64,000 bases of DNA, from NCBI GenBank assembly GCA_000165345.1, contig CM000436.1, positions 768,001 through 832,000 on the forward strand. Reading direction: 5' to 3'. Below are positions 44,274 to 53,555 of this stretch, one piece after another. The first letter of the stretch is position 1. Each line of letters starts with the position of its first letter. The notes under the pieces are model-generated. The model made no database searches. It had not been told where the DNA came from and was given only the letters and a program-made list of their open reading frames with translations. Made by a program: the position numbers and the translations under genes.

Positions 44274-47093
44274 ATGGAAGCTTTAGAATGCCAACTCTTT
44301 ATTGAAAGCAAAAATCAGGAAATTGAGTGTCTGGCAGTAACTCCTAATGGTTACTTTTGTGCTGTTGCCCAAAAAGAAGGAAGTATTACCATTTTTGATA
44401 CAATTACTTTTCATTCATGGCTGAAGATTCTAAGTATTGAGCAATATTCTTTGAGGAGTTTATTCTTTTTGAAAAAATCTAATTCAGATCTTGGGTTTCA
44501 AAATTCTCAATTAATCGACAGTAATTCATTTTTAGAAAATGAAAATTTGAGTGAAACTGATAGTGACTGTACTAATACTACAGCATGCACATCTCCTGCT
44601 AAATCTCCTTTGAGAAAATCTCTACACTCTGTATCTAGCAATTATATTAATATGTCTGATTTGTATAAATACAGACTTGTAGGTTTGGGTCTCGACGGAA
44701 GAATTATCGAGTGGGACTTGAGCACTGGCATGACCTTGGAAACTACTTTTTCTTATGGAGGTGCAATTTTTCAAGGTTCTTTATCTCCATCATGTGAAAA
44801 TTTAGCTTTGGCATGTGCAGATGGATCGATTAAAATGTTTAGTTTATTAAACAATGAACTTTCATTTTCGTATTCATTGCCAAAGCATAGCAATAAGCTC
44901 CTTTCAATTACATTTCTAAATGAAAATACAATAATAGCAGGATCTAGCGATGGAATAATTCTAGAATATAATCTGGAAACAAGAATGTGCATTAATAAGA
45001 TGTCGGTATGCACTGGTAAAAAATCAACTGATAAAAGAAATTCAAAAAATGTATCAATATGGTGCTTAGTGACTCTAGAGTCTGATAATATTTTATTTAG
45101 CGGAGATTCAAATGGAACTGTGGTAGTTTGGGATCTAATCACCTACACGGCAATAAATACATTTAAGCATCACCATGGAGATGTTCTAACGCTTTCAAAA
45201 CTCGGAAATATTAGCACTAAAGCCTCAGATACTACTATTGTTTCAACTGGAATTGATGGGCGTGTGGTAACATATATTAATACAAAAAACTTTGACCATT
45301 CTGAGAAATCTGGAAAGTGGCTTCCTAGTTCATTTTGTTATCCGCATTCATCTTCTATAGGTTCAGTTGCAACCGTAGCTATACCCCAAATAAATGGGCC
45401 ATTAGCCTTATCTGGAACCTGGGATGGAAAATTGATTATTTGGTTGACTCTTGAGCGCAGTAAAAAGAATTCTAACAATGATTACGAATTTGTATCTACT
45501 TCTTCGAAGCTCAAATTCTTGGCTCTTCCTACAGGAGTATTAAAAAACCCACAAAATATTCACATAGCAGAAAGTGAACGTTTAATACTTCACCAAAGTT
45601 TAAGAAATCTTGAATTATGGTTCATTTCAGATCCCGAAATAACTAGCATTAAATCAGGTTCCGGAAAAATTTTGATAAACCCATTTCAAATTACTTATAG
45701 TAAATTAAATAATATATGCTCAAATATCACTGATAACGATAAAAATGTCTCTAATTTAGTTCCAGTGCAACCAATCAAATTATTAGACATTAAACTTTCC
45801 AACAAAAAAAATGAAATTATTGTTTGCAGTGCCTTAAGCATAGACGGAGATTATATTGTAAGTTCATTTTCTGACTCTGGAATAAGAGCATTGCATATTG
45901 ATCTGCAAAGCCTAAATATTAATAATGTTCAACTTGAATCTTGCAACAATGTGATTGCTACCTGCATGAAATTTCTAACAAATACCGTTTTAATTATTGG
46001 TGGTTTTTTCATGCAAGATTGCAAGAATAACCCAAAAATAAGTCCAAAAATTTTTATTATTGACATCGAAAGAGATATTATTATTTATTCTTTAGAACTT
46101 AAACATCGGATTAATAATGAATATTCTAGAATTGGGAAAATAACTGAATTAAGTATTTCCTCAGATAATCAATGGCTTGCGGTGTTAACAAGTTTTGGTA
46201 ATACTTTTATTATTGACCTTGATTCATTTAAATTGGAAGCGGATCTAACAAATTTAGAAAGCGAAGTTTTTGATCCTTTCTCAAAAAATAATTATTCTAC
46301 ACCAATTGCTTCTATATCTTTCAATAATCGTGATAGTGATATTGTTTCTGTTATGATGTCCGACGGAAAGTATTACTTTTATTCGATAAGGTTGAAAAAA
46401 ACTATACCGAAGGAATACCTAAGAAATCATAAAGATTTCACAGATAAATCATCGAATATCTATAAAGTTCCTAAAAAGAAATATTCTCCAATTTTGCATG
46501 GACCGATATTGAATATTAAATGGATTATGCTGTATGATTGTGATTCAAAAGAAGATGAGTACAATATTCAAGATGTTATAATTATGAATACAATTGAAAA
46601 TACAAGTTACATTTATCTAAATAACTATGAAGAAGCAAATAATAACAAATATAACAAAACAAAAATCGATCCTCTCGAATCGAAACAAATAGAGAAAGAT
46701 CTTTGCGGTCCAGTATATAAATTACCAAGATTTAAAAAGATCGATGCATTTACATGTAATTATAAATTTTTCCCCGAAAGATCAATTGAGTTTTCTAGTT
46801 ATTTTAATAAAGCCAAATTTTTGCTTGATAGCAACTTAAATAAAGACTTTTCCAAAAGAGATTTATGTGAAAATTTTCTTTTTAATAATAAACTAATTTA
46901 CGGTTTATTTTACACAAATTCCACAAAGTGGCTTTCTTTATTAAAGAAGGGAGTTGGCTTGAGACAGAAAAAGTCACAAAAAAGTCAAATGAATGGTTGT
47001 TTGATTATCTTAACATGTAAATGTACTAACACAAAAGGTAATGAATACAATTCGGAGATTACGGTTAACAATAGAAGAAAATATGGCGAATAG
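44274..47093 (+). CDS. WD40-repeat protein, UTP4/cirhin-like (SSU processome)
   Basis: N-terminal blades align in pattern with UTP4/cirhin (MEALECQLFIESKNQEIECLAVTPNGYFCAVAQKEGSITIFD..; ..RLVGLGLDGRIIEWDLSTGMTLETTFSYGGAIF..LALACADGSIKMF..IIAGSSDGIILEYNLET..). 939 aa. Confidence 0.55.
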   Translation: MEALECQLFIESKNQEIECLAVTPNGYFCAVAQKEGSITIFDTITFHSWLKILSIEQYSLRSLFFLKKSNSDLGFQNSQLIDSNSFLENENLSETDSDCTNTTACTSPAKSPLRKSLHSVSSNYINMSDLYKYRLVGLGLDGRIIEWDLSTGMTLETTFSYGGAIFQGSLSPSCENLALACADGSIKMFSLLNNELSFSYSLPKHSNKLLSITFLNENTIIAGSSDGIILEYNLETRMCINKMSVCTGKKSTDKRNSKNVSIWCLVTLESDNILFSGDSNGTVVVWDLITYTAINTFKHHHGDVLTLSKLGNISTKASDTTIVSTGIDGRVVTYINTKNFDHSEKSGKWLPSSFCYPHSSSIGSVATVAIPQINGPLALSGTWDGKLIIWLTLERSKKNSNNDYEFVSTSSKLKFLALPTGVLKNPQNIHIAESERLILHQSLRNLELWFISDPEITSIKSGSGKILINPFQITYSKLNNICSNITDNDKNVSNLVPVQPIKLLDIKLSNKKNEIIVCSALSIDGDYIVSSFSDSGIRALHIDLQSLNINNVQLESCNNVIATCMKFLTNTVLIIGGFFMQDCKNNPKISPKIFIIDIERDIIIYSLELKHRINNEYSRIGKITELSISSDNQWLAVLTSFGNTFIIDLDSFKLEADLTNLESEVFDPFSKNNYSTPIASISFNNRDSDIVSVMMSDGKYYFYSIRLKKTIPKEYLRNHKDFTDKSSNIYKVPKKKYSPILHGPILNIKWIMLYDCDSKEDEYNIQDVIIMNTIENTSYIYLNNYEEANNNKYNKTKIDPLESKQIEKDLCGPVYKLPRFKKIDAFTCNYKFFPERSIEFSSYFNKAKFLLDSNLNKDFSKRDLCENFLFNNKLIYGLFYTNSTKWLSLLKKGVGLRQKKSQKSQMNGCLIILTCKCTNTKGNEYNSEITVNNRRKYGE

Positions 47094-47156
47094 CTTTTAA
47101 TATTCATTAGTTTCCAACACAATTTTCTATTAATTATTTTTGAATTAAATGTATTA

Positions 47157-48137
47157 TTAGTTTTTTTCTGTTTCAGTAGAATTCTTTGGGTTATTTAAAA
47201 TGAGGGATGTTGACATAGAGTTGAACTCGGACACAAAACTTTCATTTTGAGAATCTAATTTCTCAAACTTTAATATTGAATATTGAAAACTTTTGATTGA
47301 ATTGAAATTACTTTTGAATTCTTTCATTCTAACATTTGGATCTGTTGTCTCATCTTCATGTGGTTTGTTTCCTGTTATGTACTCTGGGTTTATTCTTATA
47401 ATTACGGGGAAACTAATTGCTTCTTGATTTGCCTCCTTATTTTCCGTTTCTTGACTTCTAATCGGTATAAATGGATTAATATATGGATGCTCATTAGAAT
47501 AATTTTTAGTTATCCTTCTAGCAAACAGACGGCTATTTTTTTTAGAAGACTGAGATTCATCGTAATTTGAAGATTCTTCCTCTGTTATGGCATTATCATT
47601 TAGCGCAAGTTTTGAATCCAAAGAAGTTGTTCCATTATAAAGGTTTGGTTCTTGATTAAATGAGAAAAAAAATGGACCATTAAGTTCAGTAGCCGGATAT
47701 CTCCTTGAGTGATAAATATCATTGTTAATCTTTTTTGTCTCATTTGCAGTTCCTGAATGAATTTCTTTCTCAGTTTTATTTAAAGTATCATTTTCTTCTG
47801 CTATTAATTTTAAGCCAAAGTGGGTTTGAAAACTTGCAGATTTTATTAAATTTTGTTTATTTGCTGTTTCTATTTCTGATTCTAAATAATTTGGACTATA
47901 GCCACTATTCAAAGTTTTATTTTTGTCTTCGTGTATTTGTATCGACACTTTCATTGAAACTTGGAATAGTCTCTGGTAGTATTTCTGAATCCATTATGGC
48001 TAAAGTTTACAGATTCCTTCTTCACTGACGGGGTTTAATTCTTTAATCAGGTTAATATGAGATCCTAAGGTATATCCATATATAACAGATAAAATAGATA
48101 TTATGGAGAATAATTTAAAAAATGACAATAGTTTCAT
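47157..48137 (-). CDS. Secreted S/N/T-rich glycoprotein-like protein; proposed 2-exon model with signal-peptide exon
   Basis: The main ORF 47954..47157 (ATG verified) encodes a 265-aa hydrophilic protein with at least 8 N-x-S/T sites and no signal peptide. Immediately upstream an ATG at 48137 opens MKLLSFFKLFSIISILSVIYGYT.., a classic signal peptide. The only phase-consistent join is exon1 48137..48030, intron 48029..47985 (45 nt, GTCAGT..CAG), exon2 47984..47157, giving 311 aa. The donor has a non-consensus +3 C, so exon 1 is tentative. The 47157..47954 part is more secure. Confidence 0.45.
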
Positions 48138-48746
48138 ATTTATTATAGTAGCCAGTTATTGCCATTTTCTTTTGTTTCGTGTGATTATATTCGAGTGCAA
48201 TAAATGTGTGAATTATAACGGAAAAATGATTTATTACAAACTAAATAAAGAACAGGATGAGTTATTCTAGTCTATTCTTTTATTTCTCCTTTGAAATTCC
48301 GAAATGAATGTAATATATTAATAAAAAAAAAAAAAAAATAAATAAATAATAAACAAATTATATTTATAAATATATTTAATGATAATTAATAGATATAATT
48401 AAGTGTTTAGCATAGTCAAATAAGCAAATCTAACTAATTTTACTAATATTTGTAATATTTTTTTTTCTTATTAAATTGTATTTTTTGTTTTAATTAATAA
48501 AATTAAGATCTTCATTAAAGTGTGTAAGCGCGTGTTAGCACTACACACAATGATATTAAATAATTAAAGGGTGAGAGAATTGACTAAATCGATAGTTAAG
48601 TTGAACAATATTGATTTAATTCTTGGAAATAGGAGCACTTCTCATATTTCCCAAAATAGCTGAAGGAATAGCTGTATTCAGGGAAGAAAATTCTTTTAAA
48701 TAGATAGAATTATCCGTTTTATTAATTTAAACTCCAAGTATGAATA

Positions 48747-50303
48747 ATGACAGAACAGAATAATGATTTAGATTTCAAAGATGACAATATCAAAGATTTG
48801 CAAAGAAAGGAGGATTTAGAGGCAAATATAATTTCTCAAAACTACAGTATAAAAATTAGAGATACATCAAGAAATATGAGTTATACGAATAATAGAAGAG
48901 ATGAAATTTTCATGCAGTTACAAACAGAATTGTTTGATATTCTTTTAGAGATTTATAACATAATTCCTACATGGGGCTCATTTAAAGAAAACTTCTATTT
49001 TCATTGGAAGAGAATTATTGGTGCCTGCAATTTCAAAGATCTTCATGCATATAGGCTAATTTTTAGATGCTTGGGAAATTTACGCCCTTCTTCAATGCCT
49101 ATATTTATTCTAAGGCCAATAATTAAACAGCTAGATGAGTATAGAAAAATTTCAGAGCCTGAATATTCTCCATCTAATTTTGAATTTAACCCAAATATAC
49201 ACAGGAGCTTAGCTACAACTTCTAATGGCCCAATTGCCATGCTACAAAATTCACATCCCGTTAAAACATGTGCCCAAATTCAAAGTAAAAAAGAAATATT
49301 GCTTGAAGATAAAATAGGACGAGATTTTTTCTCCGATAAATGTAATTCTAGCTTTTTTCATGAAATTATTAAAGAAAATGCAAAATATTCAGGATTAGTA
49401 TTATCAGGATTAAATGAAGCAAATGTCATTCCATTTTCGTTACTAGAAAATGATATATTCAACTCTGTGCCGTCACAAAATAATAGTAATCTAATTGATA
49501 ATATCTACAATTCAATAAATAAGAATTTCTATTTTTCGATAACTAGACAACAAAACGGTAGTTTTACAAATGATAATGAAAAATTAGCCGAAGACAAGAA
49601 GATAAAAAATGAGCTAATTGATAGAAAGGAGCACATTCTTTCGGACGATTATAATTCTAATGAATTTATTAATAATTCATTGGTTATTTCGAATAATTGG
49701 AATTCAAACTCTGCAGTCTCTTCGCCTTATGGTTCGGTTTGCACTGCACCAACACTTTCACCTACAGAATATAAAATTGAAGGGCCTATAATGGCAGCTT
49801 TTCAACATATTCAAGCAGTAGCAGTTGCAACAGCAGTTGCAAATAATTCTAAAAACAAACTAAACTCCGCAGGTAATTTATCAAACGAACAAAATACAAT
49901 ACAACCAAAGAAAAGACCGAGGAGGAATGGTGAGATTCAAGGGGTATATTTCGACAAAATACGCAAACTTTGGCGTGCAAACTGGAAAGAAAATGGACGT
50001 GTAAAAACAAAAGGGTTTTCAGTTTTTCAATTTGGAGATGAGGGCGCAAGACAAAAAGCTATTGAATATCGTAAGAAAATGGAAAAAGAATTCTATGTCG
50101 TGCCTAATACAAAGCTTTCTAGAAGTTCAAGCAATAGTGGAACTATCTATATTAATACAGAAAAGACGTTTCAAAACAGTATCTCACCTAAAAAAAAAGA
50201 TATTGAACTTAGTTCAAATTTAAATAACACTTTGAGCAGTTCAAAGCTAAACTCTGAAAACACAAAATTATCAGAAAACACCAACTCTAATTTTAACAAT
50301 TAA
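48747..50303 (+). CDS. ApiAP2 transcription factor (single AP2 domain near the C-terminus)
   Basis: AP2/ERF-like domain ..GVYFDKIRKLWRANWKENGRVKTKGFSVFQFGDEGARQKAIEYRKKMEKEF.. at about aa 395-450 (nt about 49930..50100). The rest is low-complexity N/S-rich, as is typical for apicomplexan AP2 factors. ATG verified at 48747. Confidence 0.8.
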   Translation: MTEQNNDLDFKDDNIKDLQRKEDLEANIISQNYSIKIRDTSRNMSYTNNRRDEIFMQLQTELFDILLEIYNIIPTWGSFKENFYFHWKRIIGACNFKDLHAYRLIFRCLGNLRPSSMPIFILRPIIKQLDEYRKISEPEYSPSNFEFNPNIHRSLATTSNGPIAMLQNSHPVKTCAQIQSKKEILLEDKIGRDFFSDKCNSSFFHEIIKENAKYSGLVLSGLNEANVIPFSLLENDIFNSVPSQNNSNLIDNIYNSINKNFYFSITRQQNGSFTNDNEKLAEDKKIKNELIDRKEHILSDDYNSNEFINNSLVISNNWNSNSAVSSPYGSVCTAPTLSPTEYKIEGPIMAAFQHIQAVAVATAVANNSKNKLNSAGNLSNEQNTIQPKKRPRRNGEIQGVYFDKIRKLWRANWKENGRVKTKGFSVFQFGDEGARQKAIEYRKKMEKEFYVVPNTKLSRSSSNSGTIYINTEKTFQNSISPKKKDIELSSNLNNTLSSSKLNSENTKLSENTNSNFNN

Positions 50304-50452
50304 ATTATAATTATATTTGGAAACATTAAGTATATAAAAATACTAGTTTTCTTTTTCTAATTTGTAAGAAATATCTATGTTTGAGGTTTGAATACTTTCC
50401 ATTATGAAATGGTTTTAGTTGGGAGTGTGCCTACCAATCCACTTTTGCGGAA

Positions 50453-51078
50453 TTAATAATAAAAGAGTTCATATTTCAACTTACGAAATGCCTGTGTGAG
50501 CACGCAAAATTTCATCAGTTGTTTTCCAAATTTTAGTGGTTAGTTGCTTCAATAATTCCTCTGCTTCCTCCTAAAATTTGTCATATAAAAATGTTGCTAA
50601 ATTTGATTACTTACCGGTGTGGGAGTATCTTCTTGACCTTCTGAGTTCTGGTTCAACTCCTCGCTCTCGTTGTCCTCTTGATCGTCATCATTCTCAATAT
50701 CATTAGACGACTGTATCAGCAGCAGCCTAAAAGCCAATAAATCGATTTGGTAATGAGTGAAAACTCACCTTTTATTATTGAATAAATTAGATAAATCTTG
50801 AATATCGTTTTCCAATTCTCCCAATGAAATGAAAGCTTGAAGTTTCTCTGCATTATAAAAATAAGGTTTCTTTCGCACAATATTCACGAATCCTTACCTT
50901 GTAAATGCGATTCTGGAGCTTGAACAAGAATCTCTCTCATTTTATTAACTGTTGACTTCAATTCTTCAACAATATTCGAGGTCCCTGCAATTGGTTCAAT
51001 TTTGCCAGGGGCTGCAGAAGAAAGTGAAAATATTATACAAAGAATAGTTAAAAAAAAGACTCTCATATCAAATGTCAT
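50453..51078 (-). CDS. Small acidic secreted protein (about 163 aa), 4 exons; family unknown
   Basis: Exons 51078..50898, 50847..50769, 50726..50615, 50569..50453. Introns 50897..50848 (50 nt, GTAAGG..AG), 50768..50727 (42 nt, GTGAGT..AG), 50614..50570 (45 nt, GTAAGT..AG). All phases are consistent. Protein: signal peptide MTFDMRVFFLTILCIIFSLSSAAP.., a helical region, an acidic stretch (..DIENDDDQEDNESEELNQNSEGQEDTPTP..), and C-terminus ..EEAEELLKQLTTKIWKKLMKFCVLTQAFRKLKYELFYY. The track shows only exon 1. The 3' end is ambiguous because another GTAAGT lies inside the last exon. Confidence 0.55.
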
Positions 51079-51122
51079 TATTTTACTTGTTATTTTAAAA
51101 GTGGTAGTATTAAAATTTCAGT

Positions 51123-51130
51123 TGCATGCA
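51123..51130. promoter_or_regulatory. TGCATGCA palindromic motif (AP2-type site) upstream of the secreted-protein gene
   Basis: The exact octamer TGCATGCA lies 45 bp upstream of the ATG at 51078 (minus-strand gene). GCATGC-type palindromes are established upstream motifs and AP2-domain targets in apicomplexans. Confidence 0.35.
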
Positions 51131-51176
51131 CTTGCATTGCTGTGGGGAGTTGTTAATAATTGCGCATGAAAAAAAT

Positions 51177-52244
51177 TTAGTTAATTTTTGATTGGTAAAT
51201 TATTATATCAACTAATTTTTTAATTCCGATTGAAGATGGCGACTGGGGGAATTTTTCGCAGATAGAGAGACCCAAATCGCATACGTACAGTAATTCTTTA
51301 TCCCATGGTATTTTATTAAGATATTCTACTTCCATATTGTCACACATATCTTTAACTGAAGAATCATGCTCAGCATTTTTAAAAATCATCCCCATATTTT
51401 CAACAACCCCAAGGATATTTAAACCCACTTTCTTACAAAAATTAATTTCCTTCCTAACATCTTGTAGTGCAATTTCTTGCGGAGTGGTTACGATCAGAGC
51501 TCCATTCACATTTGAACCATTTAAATATGAAACTATAGAGAGATGCTCGTCGGAAGTACCTGGAGGAGTATCAATGATTAAGAAGTCTAATTCACCCCAA
51601 ACTACATCTGAAAGGAACTGTTTTATTAACCCATTTTTTTTTGGGCCTCTCCAAATTACAGCATCATCAGATTGAGGAAGTAAAAATGCAGTGGACATAA
51701 CTGAGAGATTATCATTAACATATACTGGGGACCAGCCATTCGCAGAAATGTGTACATCATTGCCTTGCACTCCCATCATTTTTGGTGCGGATGGGCCGCA
51801 AATATCGATATCTAAAAGCCCAACATTAAATTTTTTCGATGATAAACACCATGATATTTGCGAAGATATAGTTGATTTTCCTACACCTCCTTTACCAGAT
51901 AGAACCAAAATAATATTTTTTATTTTTGATAAGTTTTCGATATTCTCTGTAGGCTTTTTCTTTGCTTGTCCAGAAGCACATATTAGTGCATTTGGGCATC
52001 CTGCACAAGAGTCTGCGATTCCTGCATCTGGAGAATCAACTCCTACGCAATTGCCAATTTGAATATTAAAATGATTTTGGTATTTAGAATTAACTGAATC
52101 AGTTTTTATATAAGAAATGGAAAAAATAATAGATTTTAAATAGTTTATTGTTAACCTGGAAAATGTCTTGAAATAATCCTTAAATATAATACCAGATATT
52201 AGTCCACCGAAGAAAATTGCAATTCTATTAGAGGCTATCTTCAT
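51177..52244 (-). CDS. NBP35: Cytosolic Fe-S cluster assembly P-loop NTPase NBP35/NUBP1, with N-terminal hydrophobic extension
   Basis: The track ORF starts at TTG 52286; the first ATG is 52244 (MKIASNRIAIFFGGLISGIIF..). N-terminal Cys cluster ..DSCAGCPNALICASG.., P-loop ILVLSGKGGVGKST, LDIDICGPS, WRGPKKNG, DTPPGTSDEHL. Nearly collinear with human NUBP1. Confidence 0.9.
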   Translation of the reverse strand: MKIASNRIAIFFGGLISGIIFKDYFKTFSRLTINYLKSIIFSISYIKTDSVNSKYQNHFNIQIGNCVGVDSPDAGIADSCAGCPNALICASGQAKKKPTENIENLSKIKNIILVLSGKGGVGKSTISSQISWCLSSKKFNVGLLDIDICGPSAPKMMGVQGNDVHISANGWSPVYVNDNLSVMSTAFLLPQSDDAVIWRGPKKNGLIKQFLSDVVWGELDFLIIDTPPGTSDEHLSIVSYLNGSNVNGALIVTTPQEIALQDVRKEINFCKKVGLNILGVVENMGMIFKNAEHDSSVKDMCDNMEVEYLNKIPWDKELLYVCDLGLSICEKFPQSPSSIGIKKLVDIIIYQSKIN

Positions 52245-52275
52245 AATTGCATTTAAAAGTAAATTTATAACAGAA

Positions 52276-52284
52276 TTTTGGCGC
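52276..52284. promoter_or_regulatory. E2F-like site TTTTGGCGC upstream of NBP35
   Basis: Matches the E2F consensus TTTSSCGC. It lies about 32 bp upstream of the NBP35 ATG on the gene's 5' side. Confidence 0.3.
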
Positions 52285-52448
52285 AATAAAATTTCAAAAA
52301 AAATATTATTTCAATTATTATGAGTAGATTAGATAAAGATAAAGAGTTTTCAAGGTGAGTTATAGATATATAGAAAATAGCGTTTTATTCATTATTTTGT
52401 CTTAACTTTCAACTTTATTATTCAGTATTACCTTACCTCTAGGTTTTA

Positions 52449-53070
52449 ATGACATTTATTTATCATCCTTCGGGAGCAACGAGTTTGATACGCAAAGGCC
52501 TTCGGTAAGTTCATAATTCTTAATGTTAAACGTTCATACAATTCATTCTTGATTAAGGGCATTATTGAAATAGGTAAACATAAATTAATATTTGATAAGC
52601 AGAGTGCGGTACCAAGATATAAATTAGAATCGGATTTGGTATGTAGTTTTACCAACAATCTCGAAACAGGGGAATTCAAGAGCAATAAAAAGCCAAATTT
52701 ATCATCTTGGCACAATTTTCATGATCATGAAAAAACAGAGCAAGAAAAGTTCGAGTTGTTGGCTCTGCAATTACGAAATTCTACAGCCCCAGGGAGATTT
52801 TATAAGTCCGAGCATTTAACTAAAAAACAGATAAAGTTTAACTTCGGGGTCGTAATTGACGGAAACAAAATGAAAACTGGCCTATCTGATGATTCTTCAA
52901 CTTATAGATCTAATAAAAAGATATCTGGAATATCTCTTTTACATGAATTAGTCAATAATTCAGAAACCCAAAGATGGACGAATAAAAAGTACTCCGAGAT
53001 ACAAAAAACAAAGCTAAAGGGTGGAAAAAAGTGGTATAGAAAGCAGGTTTTAAAAAGAAATAGATATTAA
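52449..53070 (+). CDS. Hypothetical small basic protein; proposed 2-exon model
   Basis: The track ORF 52549..53070 starts at TTG and has no in-frame ATG. Upstream, ATG 52449 opens MTFIYHPSGATSLIRKGL and is followed by GTAAGT at 52505. The only AG acceptor that restores the downstream frame is at 52603-52604, giving exons 52449..52504 and 52605..53070 with a 100-nt intron. The protein is K/R-rich and ends ..LKGGKKWYRKQVLKRNRY. The intron is longer than the others and the acceptor is weak. Confidence 0.3.
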
Positions 53071-53086
53071 TTAATTAATAGTTTTT

Positions 53087-53455
53087 CTAAGTTTCTCTGT
53101 GCAAAATATTAAAATTGTGAATAACATTTAGAAATTGAGGAATATCATCCGACTGTTTAATCTCGTCATCATAATTCCAATATGTTACTTGGTTAAAAGA
53201 TTTATCAATAATTAAATCCATTTTTTTTTGAGAATTATTTTTAGATAAAATCAATATTGAATGGCTTGATTTACTCAAATGAATTATTCTTCCATTTAAC
53301 TTTCTTCCACGAAAAGATTTACTTAATACTATGTTAGTTACTTTATTACTAACACTTAACTGAGACTGAGTGCTGTTATAAAGTCTATTGAAGGGATTTT
53401 CCTTTGGCAATCTCCCATCAAATAGGATTTGGAATGGAAGGATATTAAATGACAT
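53087..53455 (-). CDS. Small protein (122 aa), possibly RNase P/MRP subunit Rpp29/Pop4-like
   Basis: ATG verified. Central region ..VTNIVLSKSFRGRKLNGRIIHLSKSSHSILILSKNNSQKKMDLIIDKS.. resembles the Rpp29 beta-barrel (..LVGLRGIVVRESKNTFKICTKDGRLLTVPK..). The call is weak. Confidence 0.3.
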   Translation of the reverse strand: MSFNILPFQILFDGRLPKENPFNRLYNSTQSQLSVSNKVTNIVLSKSFRGRKLNGRIIHLSKSSHSILILSKNNSQKKMDLIIDKSFNQVTYWNYDDEIKQSDDIPQFLNVIHNFNILHRET

Positions 53456-53555
53456 TTCCTTATTTTTATGAAGTACTTATTTATGGCGCATGAAGTAAAA
53501 AAAAAAAAAAAAAGAAAATTCTAGAAAAATACGAAAACTCAGTTTTGATTATTTG

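Noticed and set aside
52549-52700. Cir_N/Cwc25-like motif (KKPNLSSWHNFHDHEKTEQEK) suggesting a splicing factor
   Set aside because: The resemblance to the N-terminal CIR domain is limited to a few residues and the motif is not N-terminal here. It is too weak to call.
52446-52715. Minus-strand 89-aa ORF
   Set aside because: It overlaps the exon, intron and acceptor region of the plus-strand 52449 gene, has low-complexity hydrophobic content and no homology.
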